Shown: positions 43,801-48,866, counted from the stretch's first letter. The stretch is 64,000 nt of DNA from Candidatus Omnitrophota bacterium (GCA_043814605.1 JBDRJV010000018.1:21545-85544); one strand, 5' to 3'. Program-made: numbers and translations. Notes: generated by a model from the letters alone, not told the origin.

Positions 43801-44035
43801 GCCTTTGGTTGAAAATGGTATTTGTTATTTTGGCGCAGACGACGGAAAATTTTATGCGGTTAATATTAATACCGGACAGATTGTTCCGGGATGGCCTTAT
43901 GATACCGGCGCTCCGATTAAAAGCGGCGCAGCATTACATGTTGTTTATGATACAGAAACCTGGGAAGTAATTGATACTTATGTTTTAGTGGGATCAGATT
44001 CTGGTAAAATATATAGTTTTAAAGTGGTACAATAG
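25862..44035 (+). CDS. Giant (6057 aa) secreted repetitive adhesin/surface protein
   Basis: Signal peptide ending SAQA; Fn3-like repeats; 27 ~120-aa Ig-like repeats (DHFVISHD...DDNTEGNL); golvesin/Xly-CBD-like domain; CARDB-like repeats; C-terminal PQQ/BamB-type beta-propeller. Confidence 0.9.
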   Translation: MRKTNKILKIIGFIFLVMAVIPTSAQARLIVQKGTSTIAAGQTTYVQSINAVSSLSNAFVLMWSTGDSGASNSQYHQATGVLTSTSQITFTRQGTTDDCRIGWYVIEAEYGEFEVVKRNTITIGTTATTQDDAIGATIDQSRSFIVSNSRIGGNGGTANAYKGYATTHFLNDTTIQAARGVSGTYTTIVSYAVVQWSAASGVTVQSKELSASIGTTEVTDTINTAVTPVQTWLYATARHNSNGLSQTAVNTYLKDGTTVGFSRYTGTYTSAIRWWAIQFPEGVPVQRQSLSAASGDLTEPATLASNVTIGYSWSDNYNDSNGTGTAYPRQSWYSQITAVNQVIATRYYSGQAANLSMQAIDTSAWIPPLVTITITPDPCKAVGIGGLETKLVFNLTMNTSVEPIITYDPQGATGPQACTAGTWSTTTYANDTYTVYNDYEINASTGDGTAVISVSGAKSDLGITMYPDTDDSFIIDATVPNNPSYPCGSWDSSSKTAAIPNDTWQEIDSTPYFEWTGASDGAGTGVSGYSVYWGNSSIGEPATTQEQSAENYDVATPVDDGIYYLRVRTFDNAGNYSEPVTIFIFQYDASAPINPDVPANSWESNLKLTPITNDTWQKDDNTPYFEWTGANDSGGSGVSGYSVYWGTDTNGEPGQTQQQSNMNYQVSTPADTNTYYLRVRTFDNFNHYSNPVTLFIFKYDDTQPTNPVQPCSGWDSPSKGNMLSNNKAQGFGQTPYFEWTGASDASGSGVSGYSIYWGMDSEGEPGLTQEQANADYEISTPTGEDTYYLIVRTFDALGNYSEPVTLFTFIYDETKPTVTITVSPDPAGHSAAGELEFKLVFSESMDIAVTPSVSYDPQGATGNQTVDTNGAWSTTTYTNDTYTVYNSNVINSTTGDGAAAISVSTAQDVALNTMLADTNDSFTIDTLVHHFVIAHDGMAVINIPETLTITAKNSTNCTVLDYTGQVTLSTLNETGEITWALVSGAGVFNDNGAGQDTATYTFAAGDNGVVTIQITDTNADNLDVEVTDTINTDDDTEGNLVVSTIPLGWFVISHDTAAIAGTPETITVTAKDINGQTKTDYAGTINLDTNGTATTITWGLSSGLGIFADGGASLDTAAYTFHDNDNGVAVFTIKDTKVETINISVEDNGKTDNDTEGNLIVSPGAVNSFIIAHDTQATAGIADNVSITAYDTYSNIKTNYTGTITVDTNGTTTTITWANVSGLGMFNDGGAGVDTATYTYAAGDNGTVTLSITDTKTESIDIDASASGKTDNDSEGNMLIVPAAIDYFVISHDGAASAGVSDQMSVTAKDAYANIKTNYTGTITLDTNGTATTIDWALVSGSGVFNDNGASVDTSTYTFDAADNGTAIFSILDTTQESINISVIGDTKTDDNTEGDLNVGPAVIWLFDITHDGNANAGVYDDVTITAKDSLGNIMTNYTGTITVDTNGTASAVSWAKVTGLGTFNDGGASVDTATYTYASGDNGVVVLKIKDNVQESINISVSGDGRVDNDTEGNLIVGLPLLSHFVIAHDGAAAAGTAENIIITAKDTVGNTKTDYTGTITVDTNGTETAITWAKITGAGVFVDGGVDADTATYAYAAGDNGVVTLSINDTKVETVNISITGDGKTDDNTEGDLAVSPGALDHFKIVHDSSGIVNIAEMVTVSARDSNDNIKTNYTGTITLDTNGTATAITWGLQSGSGVFTDGGASVDTATYTFNAEDNGAAVFRVTDSIAQTINIAVFGDTKPDDNTEGNLVIGAAGTQTTGWLSPTANTGGFTNPTEAYADGGSYAYSRSGYEHQYSNYGFSFPYNAIITGIQIRLDAWGQRNGYSYSGELSWDAGTNFTSSGWSTPAMTTSQVTYLSANDLWGRTTWSKTELANANFRVKLIATGSTLRNNYLDWVPINVSYEIGANAAANNVTTADVGVGSSGNLILNTTVTNSASVQDTVTSITVNNTGTATDAEITSVKLYYDSNNSNDYTPGVDTQIGSGTFSSGAKTFSGLNINIAASGGNEYFFVIMDVASSAVSGHTLDAVIPANGITLTKTGTIEPTQINSSGNRIIKIMLDHFVISHDGAGIAGSNETVTVTAKDAFNNTKTDYTGQITLDTTGTPGTISWSLQSGNGVFNDGGASVDTATYTFNVADNGTVTFSVNDTLSETFNISISGDGKTDDNTEGNLVVAPAGIDHFVISHDTAAIAGIAEQVSVTAKDAYSNTITNYAAQITLNTTGTANTITWALISGFGTFVDGGASVDTATYTFSPSDNGQAVFTVMDNTAETINISVIANGKFDDDTEGNLVVAPAGIDYFVINHDGTAIAGTPEQVTITAKDALGNTKIDYTGQITVDTTGTATTITWALQTGSGAFVEGGASVDSATYTYNSADNGVVVLTLNDTKKETVNISVSGDTKTDDNTEGNLVVSPGAIDYFVISHDGVATTGVSESVGITAYDANDNIKDDYIGQITIDTNGTPTTITWTLVSGDGEFVDSGASDDTATYTYVLGDNGTVSLSIVDYTSETINISVTGDGKTDDNTEGDLQIASSGIDHFLISHDNNALAGTPENITIYAKNANNDTLQNYQGQITIDTSGTPSAISWILVSGNGIFADGGVGMDTATYTFTDSDDGTVVLSIIDTAEETLNISVSGEGKTDDNTEGNLVINPVGLHHFTISHDGAAFAGVADAVTIIAKDANNNTVTNYTGQITVDTNGTATAITWAKQTGSGSFAEGGPSVDTATYTFVSGDNGQCVLTITDNKVETINISVSGSGKSDDNTEGNLIIGPGTIDHFVISHDSSAVAGIADNVTIIAYDAYNNIKTNYTGQITLDTNGTAATITWAKVTGAGVFVDGGASVDTATYTYVAGDNGQCVLSINDTTAETLNISVAGDGKNDNDSEGNLVVMATTVDHFVIMHDNSAEAGVAESVSITAYDAYNNIKTDYTGQITVDTNGTATTITWAKVSGAGSFVDGGASVDTATYTYASGDNGVVGLTISDTKKETININVSGDGKVDTNTEGNLVVGPTGLDHFVISHDTAAIAGVADNVSITAFDTYSNLKDNYTGTITVDTNGTADAITWAKVSGAGSFEDGGASVDTATYTYAAADNGVVTLSIADTKTETIDIDAQAAGKYDDDSEANMVIGPSDINDFVVSHDTQGVVNSAEPITVTARDIYQNIKTDYTGQITVSVTGESGEITWALAAGSGLFNDAGAGLDTATYTYNALDLGLVGLTITDNTADTINIVVSGDGKSDENNEGNLSFTSSYIVIDNLDSGYSENTVDNDWTTRTTGNEYGTNWRRDTTRNDGDWARWTPNITIPGNYEVFAFWSDLGTANATDSPYTVYYNGGNSGALDQNQEVNGNQWNSLGVYEFAVGTGGYVQLGDAANDDVCADAIKFELKGSAAAAANSVDSSSVGAGASDVLILDVTVSNNAINNDTITSVTVNNIGTISDAEIAAVKLYYDSNNSQDYTPGTDVQVGTGTFSSAAKTFSNLNITLTGSGTEKLFVVLDLAQTVDDGDSLDVQIPANGIILANAPDIADAALNSAGTRTVSLNLDHFVISHDGAAAAGIPEQITVTAKDEYENVIIYYTGTITLDTNGTAASISWSLQTGSGVFNDNGAGVDTATYAFNAADSGVAVFNVTDNKAETINISVSGNGKTDNNTEGNLIVAPAGLDHFVITHDASAIAGIADNVTVTAKDAYENTVYDYTGSITLDTNGTANAIEWALVVGFGTFNDNGAGVDTATYTFSASDNSTATFTITDTQSESLNISVSDGIGHNDNNSEGNLVVSAANLHHFVISHDGNAEAGVADNITIIAKDQYENTLTNYSGQITIDTDGTVGSIAWAKVSGSGTFVDGGIDADTATYTYNTADMGVVILSITDTTLENLNISVTGDGKNDDNTESTLNVGPGLIEYFTITHDGFALQNQAENITIKAYDAYNNIKTDYAGQITLDTNGTADAITWALITGNGTFNDNGPSVDTATYTFNTSDNGEVILSITDATAEIINVSVTAGTKTDDDNEGILEIVAAGFHHFKISHDGNAVNGVPEAITITAKDASDITITNYAGIMTVDTSGTATTITWALQTGNGTFNDGGSGVDTAEYTFDALDNGVVILTITDTTLETININCFGSGKTDDNTEGNLVINPAGLNHFTITHDHNAVAGVAENIVISAEDANNTAVSGYTGTINLDTNGTAGAITWANIDGAGIFSDGGAVVDTATYTFASGDLGNVTLSINDTKAEMINISVTGDGKTDDDQEGNLTISHGVIDHFIINHDQAAEAGTAENITITAKDVYNNIITDYTSQITVDTTGTPATITWALTTGSGIFNDGGAGVDTATYTYQTADNGVVVLNITDTTVESINISVTGDGKLDDNTEGNLSVGAGTINKFVVTHDGNAQAGSAESVIITAYDIYNNIKTNYTGTITLDTNGTANSITWALSSGLGSFNDGGVYLDTATYGFVSADNGTAEFTITDTKAEIIDIDVSGNGKFDDDTEGNLIIAPSGLDHFFISHDGNAQAGVSENIIIQAQDYYDNIQTDYTGQITVDTNGTETAITWALITGSGTFNDHGVSIDTATYTFAPGDNGAVTLSINDTKAEDVNISVSGDSKFDDDTEGNLTVKPNVLNYFIVAHDNEAIQGVGEEITVTAKDSYANTKTDYTGTITLDTNGDVNNISWSLNTGSGTFNDGGASVDTATYTYAVGDAGVASFNLTDDTAQTINISVNDGGITDENNEGDLVIQASSLTIDAVVNALSSGYIGAGTSGQLVLDLTLTNNNVLAADTIQTLTINNTGTISDAQVQTVKLYYDSNNSNSYTVGIDTQAGTGSFSSGTLAFTNINIQISAAGTEELYVVVDLTATVTNAVTVDVSVPINGITFTNSPDTDDVILNSSGIFTVDSGIPGIVSGLSSTSHSNAISAWNNPQSRDNTVSVNWSPATDPESGVDGYSVLWDTNPTTLPNTTKDIEQTQTTVTSTALSDGTVHYFHIRSVDNVGNWSSTAAHLGPFYIDTQGPASASIYQITELAGQDYLYVTGNTIYYSGNAYSAFNVYVSATDTGSGLKQAQFPTTISAGGIDSTVDTGAYQFIYTYVVSAAGATYNNTNVIVYDNAGNSANVPFNLMLDNTPPALVSNLTSSTHTVGISSSDNDITFTWSDVSDAQSGVAGYSFTVDTSSSTLPPKYRNINTGVQSYAANDLLSGNHYAHIRPVDRVGNWTAQATHAGAYIIGRGQLSASINASSNVISTDQEFTVTMTVENTGSSTINSVDILSLTLSSTSGATATTVSNPNSQDIGPTQQRNFPWTYTAGSTPGTVNFTGYAQGSDSEGSIISSTVTSSDIVIENRAALIVSVNATPSTVNTSQTITIAVTVSNTGQAQALNVAPSLIPSGSASPSISTGPSPSTATVNGGQSQTFTYTATASSAGTAIFTANIASGLDENSNAGLTATNAQDSVTVEAAPTYALTSSIAAAPQAANVAGTITVTMNVQNTGTDIINNIAPSGLSVGGSSSDAIYVSGPVPANVSSLISGATQNFVWTYTAGTTLGTVTFSGNAQGTEAVSTATISNAVTIQAEAAALSSSISATPTSLLSNATITITMTVNNTAGSGGATAENVSPSILTLGGTSAQANLLTGPTPASANINAASSQNFIWTYRAGTTAGTVNFTGNASGIDGNSQSTISSTATTSNNVTISTLNPEWMYPTGTDIVGPVRSIPIAYWGMYNKIYFGSDDHNLYILDGDTHGLDFSYTTSGVIRGLPYPSTDVKGEGLEDIVYFGTLGRTVYGIWADNSLRFERILGEELSTTVLYDYVSNIYFGTTANRAYCIDAADGTDVWSNPATVGGPIESSPAMIFVPTLDYDEIYFGATDGKIYAFKAADGTGARTFDTGFGAEADIKTAPVISLQNPSNSGSRRLMFFGTGNGRFYCVNTANLSASTADTGWATNPVICGDKVYSAPWVDVDTRYVYFGCQDGKLYALSLNDGSSRANFPVNIGSPIDSWPLVENGICYFGADDGKFYAVNINTGQIVPGWPYDTGAPIKSGAALHVVYDTETWEVIDTYVLVGSDSGKIYSFKVVQ

Positions 44036-44036
44036 A

Positions 44037-44120
44037 AGTAGCGAGTAGAGAGTAGCACCTTTACGGGTACGAGCAAGTAGCCCTCCTACGCTAAAGCTTC
44101 GGAGGGTAAAAAAGTAGAGA
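44037..44120. repeat. Heptamer repeats with an embedded palindrome CCCTCC-TACGCTAAAGCTTC-GGAGGG
   Basis: AGTAGCGAGTAGAGAGTAGC...; hairpin at 44081-44106. Confidence 0.6.
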
Positions 44121-44155
44121 GCAAAAACAAAAAGTTTTTAAATAAAAAAAATAAT

Positions 44156-44233
44156 GTAGGGGGCGATCCCTGTGTCGCCCCGTGTAAATAATAAATATCA
44201 TTAATTTTGTAGGGGCGGTCCTTGTGCCCGCCC
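44156..44233 (+). repeat. Two GTAG-family REP sequences
   Basis: GTAGGGGGCGATCCCTGTGTCGCCCC (44156-44181) and GTAGGGGCGGTCCTTGTGCCCGCCC (44209-44233): GTAG tetramer followed by a GC-rich hairpin. Confidence 0.75.
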
Positions 44234-44265
44234 GAATATTAAAAGATAATCAATTGGAGATAAGC

Positions 44266-45396
44266 ATGAGAAAAATAATTTTTGTGCTGCTAATATTATT
44301 TTTATGCAGTAGGCAGGGATTTTGCGCGGATTGGCCGATGTTTAGAAAAGATAGTGTTCATTCCGGCCAAAGCACAGAATTATTACAGCCGCCATTAAGC
44401 TTGAAATGGAAGTTTGAAATCAAAGAAAAAATTATTTCTTCGCCCTGTGTTTATCAAGGCAAACTATTTATTGGCGCCCGCGATAATAATTTATATGCTT
44501 TGGATGCGAAAACCGGAAGTCTGCTCTGGAAATATTCTTCTGATGGCTGGATAGATTCCTCACCGGCAGCAGCAGGGGATAAGGTTTATTTTTGTTCCCG
44601 GGACGGGTATCTTTATTGTTTAAACATTGCCAGCGGGGATTTAGTTTGGAAATATAAAACCGGCGGCAATGATTTATCTTCGCCGTTAGTAGAGGGGCAG
44701 AGATTATTTTGCGCAACCGGATTCCCAAATAAATATATTTATTGTATAAATTCTCAAACCGGTGCGGAACTCTGGAAATTTTCTACTGAGCAAATGGTTT
44801 ATTCTTCCGCTGCTGTTTTAGAAAATAATATTTATATCGGTGCTAATGACGGGAATTTATACTGCTTGAATAAAAAGAACGGGACTGAAATCTGGAAATA
44901 TAAAACCAAAGGCGGGATTTACTGTGCATCACCGGTAATCAGTGATGAAAAAGTTATTATTGCTGCGGGTGATTTTGATTGGGATGTGCAGGCTTTAAAT
45001 ATCAGTTCCGGACGCAATATCTGGACTTATAAAATTGAGGATAATCAACCCACGCCAAATTATGTTTCCACAACAGCGTTGGCCCAGGGGTTGGTTTTTA
45101 TTACTGCCGGGTATCAAAACCAGCAGTTATATTGTTTAAATGCAAATAAAGGCACATTAAAATGGAAAGCAGATTTAGACCCGGCACTGAGGTTTGGCTT
45201 TTCTTCTTCTTGTGTGGTTACCGAAGATACTGTTTATGCAGCCAGCGGAAAAGGGATTCTGAGAGCTTTTGAAATATCAACCGGAAAATTAAAATGGCAG
45301 TATGGCTTAAGCAGCGGGGTTCTTTCTTCTCCGTGTGTTGCCCACGGAATACTTTATGTTGCGGATTTAAACGGAACATTATATGCATTAGAATAA
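44266..45396 (+). CDS. Exported PQQ-binding-like (BamB/AfsK-type) beta-propeller protein
   Basis: Signal peptide, DWPMFR, about 8 repeats of SSP...G..D..LY.L...TG...WK; start revised to ATG 44266 after GGAG. Confidence 0.9.
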   Translation: MRKIIFVLLILFLCSRQGFCADWPMFRKDSVHSGQSTELLQPPLSLKWKFEIKEKIISSPCVYQGKLFIGARDNNLYALDAKTGSLLWKYSSDGWIDSSPAAAGDKVYFCSRDGYLYCLNIASGDLVWKYKTGGNDLSSPLVEGQRLFCATGFPNKYIYCINSQTGAELWKFSTEQMVYSSAAVLENNIYIGANDGNLYCLNKKNGTEIWKYKTKGGIYCASPVISDEKVIIAAGDFDWDVQALNISSGRNIWTYKIEDNQPTPNYVSTTALAQGLVFITAGYQNQQLYCLNANKGTLKWKADLDPALRFGFSSSCVVTEDTVYAASGKGILRAFEISTGKLKWQYGLSSGVLSSPCVAHGILYVADLNGTLYALE

Positions 45397-45506
45397 ATTA
45401 AAAGCAGTAGAGTTTTATAATAAGGCTTAAGTTCTGTAAGCTATACAATCACTTCCTGGCGCGATAAACAAAACGCATTTGATGTGTATTAGTAATTTTT
45501 GTAGCT

Positions 45507-45659
45507 CTAGGAAAGCTGTTTTGTGCCGCGGATACAGCTTATGGATAATGATATTGCCGTAGATGAAGGGCATTTTGCACAGCCTAAAGCATTAACCTCA
45601 TAAATTTCCCGGGTATCAACTTTCGGCGGTTTATATTTTTTTTTCTTTTTCTTTTCCAT
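45507..45659 (-). CDS. Putative RiPP precursor peptide, 50 aa (MEKKKKKKYKPPKVDTREIYEVNALGCAKCPSSTAISLSISCIRGTKQLS)
   Basis: Translated by hand, below the ORF-track cutoff. Basic N-terminus with YxxPxV RRE-binding motif, 3 Cys, C-terminal Ser; extended -10 TGCTATAAT 9 nt upstream of the ATG. Confidence 0.75.
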   Translation of the reverse strand: MEKKKKKKYKPPKVDTREIYEVNALGCAKCPSSTAISLSISCIRGTKQLS

Positions 45660-45668
45660 TACAATTCT

Positions 45669-45677
45669 ATTATAGCA
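45669..45677 (-). promoter_or_regulatory. Extended -10 promoter (TGnTATAAT) for a near-leaderless precursor mRNA
   Basis: TGCTATAAT, then 9 nt, then ATG; no Shine-Dalgarno. Confidence 0.55.
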
Positions 45678-45768
45678 TATTTAATAATTTTTAGCTAAAT
45701 TTTTATTTCCACATAAATTCTCATAAATTTACAGGATTTGTGATTTAAAATTTGGTATTCACGTAAGC

Positions 45769-45874
45769 GGATGTGAAGAAAACTGTTTTCACTTGTTTTT
45801 TCATCCTTGAAATTTATGACATCCGTGTCAAATAAATCTAAGCGAATCGGTGTAAAAACAGTTTCCCCACATCC
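45769..45874. repeat. ~105-bp hairpin downstream of the secretin gene
   Basis: GGATGTGAAGAAAACTGTTTTCAC pairs with GTAAAAACAGTTTCCCCACATCC; inner TGAC-ATCCGT-GTCA. Confidence 0.65.
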
Positions 45875-45886
45875 TTTAAAATTTAA

Positions 45887-47740
45887 TTATGGCTGTTTTT
45901 CTGGGGTATTTGGGCTTCTTCTTTTCATTTTTTCTTTATAGGCTTTTCTTTTTGCGGCTTTTGCCTCGTATTTTTTTCTTCTTTGTTCCTTAACAATTTC
46001 TTTAGTGGTTACTTCCCGCACGGCTTTTTTTAAACCACTGGTTGATTTAACCAATTCTAATTGATCTAATTTTTCTTTGGATGTTTTGGTTATGGTTTCT
46101 AAATCTTTAACACTATGCAGAACATGAGGCGTAAGAAAAACTAACAGTTCAGTTTTTAATACGGTTTTTTGGGTTTTCTTAAATAAATCTCCCACTAAAG
46201 GTAAATCTCCTAAAACCGGAATTTTATTTTCGACGATACTGTCATTATCCCGCATTAAACCGCCCAAGACTACAGTGTGGCCGTTGGGTACCATGACTTT
46301 TGCATTCGCTTCGCGTTTATTAATAATACTAGCATCGTATAATGTCTGAGCGCTGAGGTCTTTTAGTTCTGCATGGACTTTTAAATTAACATAACCGTCC
46401 TGGCTAATGCGCGGCGTGACTTTCAACGCTAGGCCCACATCTTCGTATTTAAAATTTACAGTGGTAACATTATTAACTAGGTCAGTGACTGAAGATTCAA
46501 TGATCGGGATTTCCTGTCCTACGGTAATGGAAGATTCTTGATTATTCGAGGCAAGAATCCGCGGAGTTGAAAGGACTTTACTGTTTTCCTGTGTTTTTAA
46601 AATAAAGCCTAAAAGATTGGTACTTTCTTTACTGTTTAAAATACGGTAAGTAAAGCCTTGGGTAGAAGCATCAGTGGATAAGCCTAAAAGAGAATGAAAA
46701 ATACTCTCATCATGTCCGTCCTGGCCCCCCAAGTCGAGTTTAATTCCCTCTGTAGTTACCGTCGGGCTGGTGGCTGAGCCGTATTCAACCCCCATTTTAA
46801 AACTATCATCTAAAATTACATCCATTAATACCACTTCAATCATTGCCTGCGGCGGAAAGATATCTAACTTATTGATCAGTTTTCCCAGCGCAGCAAAATT
46901 TACCGGGGCTGTAGCGACAACAATAGAATTAGTTTCTTCCTCAACATAGGCTTCAATCTCGCCGTAAATTTCCAGCGGCTGGTCCTCAAGTCCTAATTCC
47001 CGAAATTCCGGGTAATTTTTTTCCTTATCTTCTTTAGATAAGCTGTTTAAAATTTCCGCGATTTTTTTTGAATCCCCGTAATTAATCACGAATGTTTTTA
47101 CCTGTATCGGAGAGGGAAGAGCGCGATCGATTTGGGAAATTATTGTTGCCAAGCGTTTAATGTTTGATGATGCATCAGTAATAATAATTGTATTAGTTCT
47201 TTCATCTGCAAGAATATTGCCGTATTTACCGATTAAATCTTGCAGTTCGTTTTTCAGTTTTATCGCAGAAGCATGGGCTAGCGGCATGACCTGGGTAATG
47301 ACAACGTCCTTTTCCTGAATAAAATCCGGGCCAGCTCCGACCTGGACATCAACATTGGTCTGTTTTATTTCTGAAACCGGCAATACTTTTAAGGCATTAC
47401 CGGATTTGACTAACGTAAACCCGCGGATCATTAATGCACTCTCCAAGACACTAACAATAGTTTCGGGCTTAACTTTTTCCATGCTGACAATAGTAATCGT
47501 GCCTTGAAGCTGGTCATGGGGGATGATAATTGTTCCGGTAATATCGCCGATAACCTTTATGGCCTGGTTAATATCTGTATTTTGAAAACTCAGCGAGATC
47601 AGATTATCCTGCTTTAATTCAGAAAATTCAGAAGTTCTGGAAAACTCAGATTGAGCAAATAAATCCCCAGAGACAGAAAATAACAGCAGTAGAAGCAGTA
47701 TTAAATGTAAATATAAAATTATCGTTTTAAATTTTTTCAT
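45887..47740 (-). CDS. gspD: Type II secretion secretin
   Basis: Signal peptide, N0/N domains (ADERTNTIII), IEVVLMDV, STPRILASNNQ, VG..LKVTPRI, KIPVLGDLPLVGDLF, ELLVFLTPH. Confidence 0.93.
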   Translation of the reverse strand: MKKFKTIILYLHLILLLLLLFSVSGDLFAQSEFSRTSEFSELKQDNLISLSFQNTDINQAIKVIGDITGTIIIPHDQLQGTITIVSMEKVKPETIVSVLESALMIRGFTLVKSGNALKVLPVSEIKQTNVDVQVGAGPDFIQEKDVVITQVMPLAHASAIKLKNELQDLIGKYGNILADERTNTIIITDASSNIKRLATIISQIDRALPSPIQVKTFVINYGDSKKIAEILNSLSKEDKEKNYPEFRELGLEDQPLEIYGEIEAYVEEETNSIVVATAPVNFAALGKLINKLDIFPPQAMIEVVLMDVILDDSFKMGVEYGSATSPTVTTEGIKLDLGGQDGHDESIFHSLLGLSTDASTQGFTYRILNSKESTNLLGFILKTQENSKVLSTPRILASNNQESSITVGQEIPIIESSVTDLVNNVTTVNFKYEDVGLALKVTPRISQDGYVNLKVHAELKDLSAQTLYDASIINKREANAKVMVPNGHTVVLGGLMRDNDSIVENKIPVLGDLPLVGDLFKKTQKTVLKTELLVFLTPHVLHSVKDLETITKTSKEKLDQLELVKSTSGLKKAVREVTTKEIVKEQRRKKYEAKAAKRKAYKEKMKRRSPNTPEKQP

Positions 47741-48306
47741 CTTTGACCCCCAATTCCCATTCTTAATTTTTGCATAGTATTTAAATTTCTTAAATTCGGA
47801 TTAGTTGGTTTTTGTATATTTTGAGTTTGTGTTTGTTCTGGTGCAGAATCAGCTGCCGGAGAAATTCCCTGGTTAAGTTTTAATTCAAAAACCTGTTCAT
47901 TTCTTTCTAAGATAATTTTATTTATTTTTATATCACGCACCAGATAATCTTCAATGGCGTCATTAATTGAAACATAAAATCCTTTTTTTTGGGAAATTTT
48001 TTCAACAATTGCTTTATAGCCGTTTTTTATTTCGATAACTCCGGTAAGCACAAAGTCTAAGCCGCTGTTTGTCTGGTTGGTTTGTTCTTCGGGTAAATTA
48101 TATTCATTCTCAGATGGATCATATTGCGGCCGGAAAAAATTTCTTTGCTCAATTATCTGATAATATTTTAATTCCGGATCTTGATTCAGAGAAGAATCTA
48201 AATCATTTATCTGTGCGGAGCAAACCTTAATTTCCATTGCCGAAAATAATAATATGAACAGTATCAGGATAAATTTTAAAAATCTGGAAAATTCTAAAAA
48301 TTTCAT
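47737..48306 (-). CDS. GspC/PilP-like (HR-domain) secretion component
   Basis: N-terminal TM, RNFF, LTGVI..KAIVE...ND.I..Y.V..I...KIILE..; position upstream of the secretin. Confidence 0.65.
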   Translation of the reverse strand: MKFLEFSRFLKFILILFILLFSAMEIKVCSAQINDLDSSLNQDPELKYYQIIEQRNFFRPQYDPSENEYNLPEEQTNQTNSGLDFVLTGVIEIKNGYKAIVEKISQKKGFYVSINDAIEDYLVRDIKINKIILERNEQVFELKLNQGISPAADSAPEQTQTQNIQKPTNPNLRNLNTMQKLRMGIGGQR

Positions 48307-48842
48307 ATCTGATCCTTTAAAAAAATAGTTGAAATCACCAGATGCCCTTTTAATAGTGCAGAGCGGTCTGATTTTGGTTCAAGCTGTAATCTGTTTGCCG
48401 TAAGCACCACAGATGATTTCCTCATCTGGTACAGAAAACGGACAAGATTGCCTAAATTTGATTCCATATTTATTTCTACTGAAAGTTCCCGGAAAAAACC
48501 TAAGTCCCTAAACGGGCGCGGGTTCATGGTGACAATATGCAGGTTTGTATCCTGTGCCACATTACCGATTGCTGTTAAAAAGTTACTTTGGCCGCGTTGT
48601 GCGGGAAGTTTGGCCTGAATTCCTTGACTGATTGCGGCGAATTTTAACTTAAGTTCTTCCTCCTGGGCAATATTAGCCCGGCTTTTTTCAAGGTGTAATT
48701 TTTTTTCTTTTATTAATTTTGACTGTGTATTCCATTTGCGGGCAAAGGGAAGAAAAATGTTTATAAACAAGATTATTGCAGAGAAAATAATCAATGCCCG
48801 GATGATTTTATTTTTGTTTTTCAAATTTTTTAAATCAAACAT
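48303..48842 (-). CDS. pilO: PilO/GspM-like inner membrane component
   Basis: TM, coiled coil and ferredoxin-like domain (LP...FL..I...A....L.I..M.P); operon context. Confidence 0.7.
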   Translation of the reverse strand: MFDLKNLKNKNKIIRALIIFSAIILFINIFLPFARKWNTQSKLIKEKKLHLEKSRANIAQEEELKLKFAAISQGIQAKLPAQRGQSNFLTAIGNVAQDTNLHIVTMNPRPFRDLGFFRELSVEINMESNLGNLVRFLYQMRKSSVVLTANRLQLEPKSDRSALLKGHLVISTIFLKDQI

Positions 48843-48866
48843 ATATTTCTACCAATCATTTATAAC

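Noticed and set aside
44224-44265. N-terminal extensions called for the 44224, 20734 and 23861 ORFs
   Set aside because: The 44224 and 20734 starts fall in REP/heptamer repeats and the 23861 start abuts one; downstream starts fit the RBS or domain boundary better
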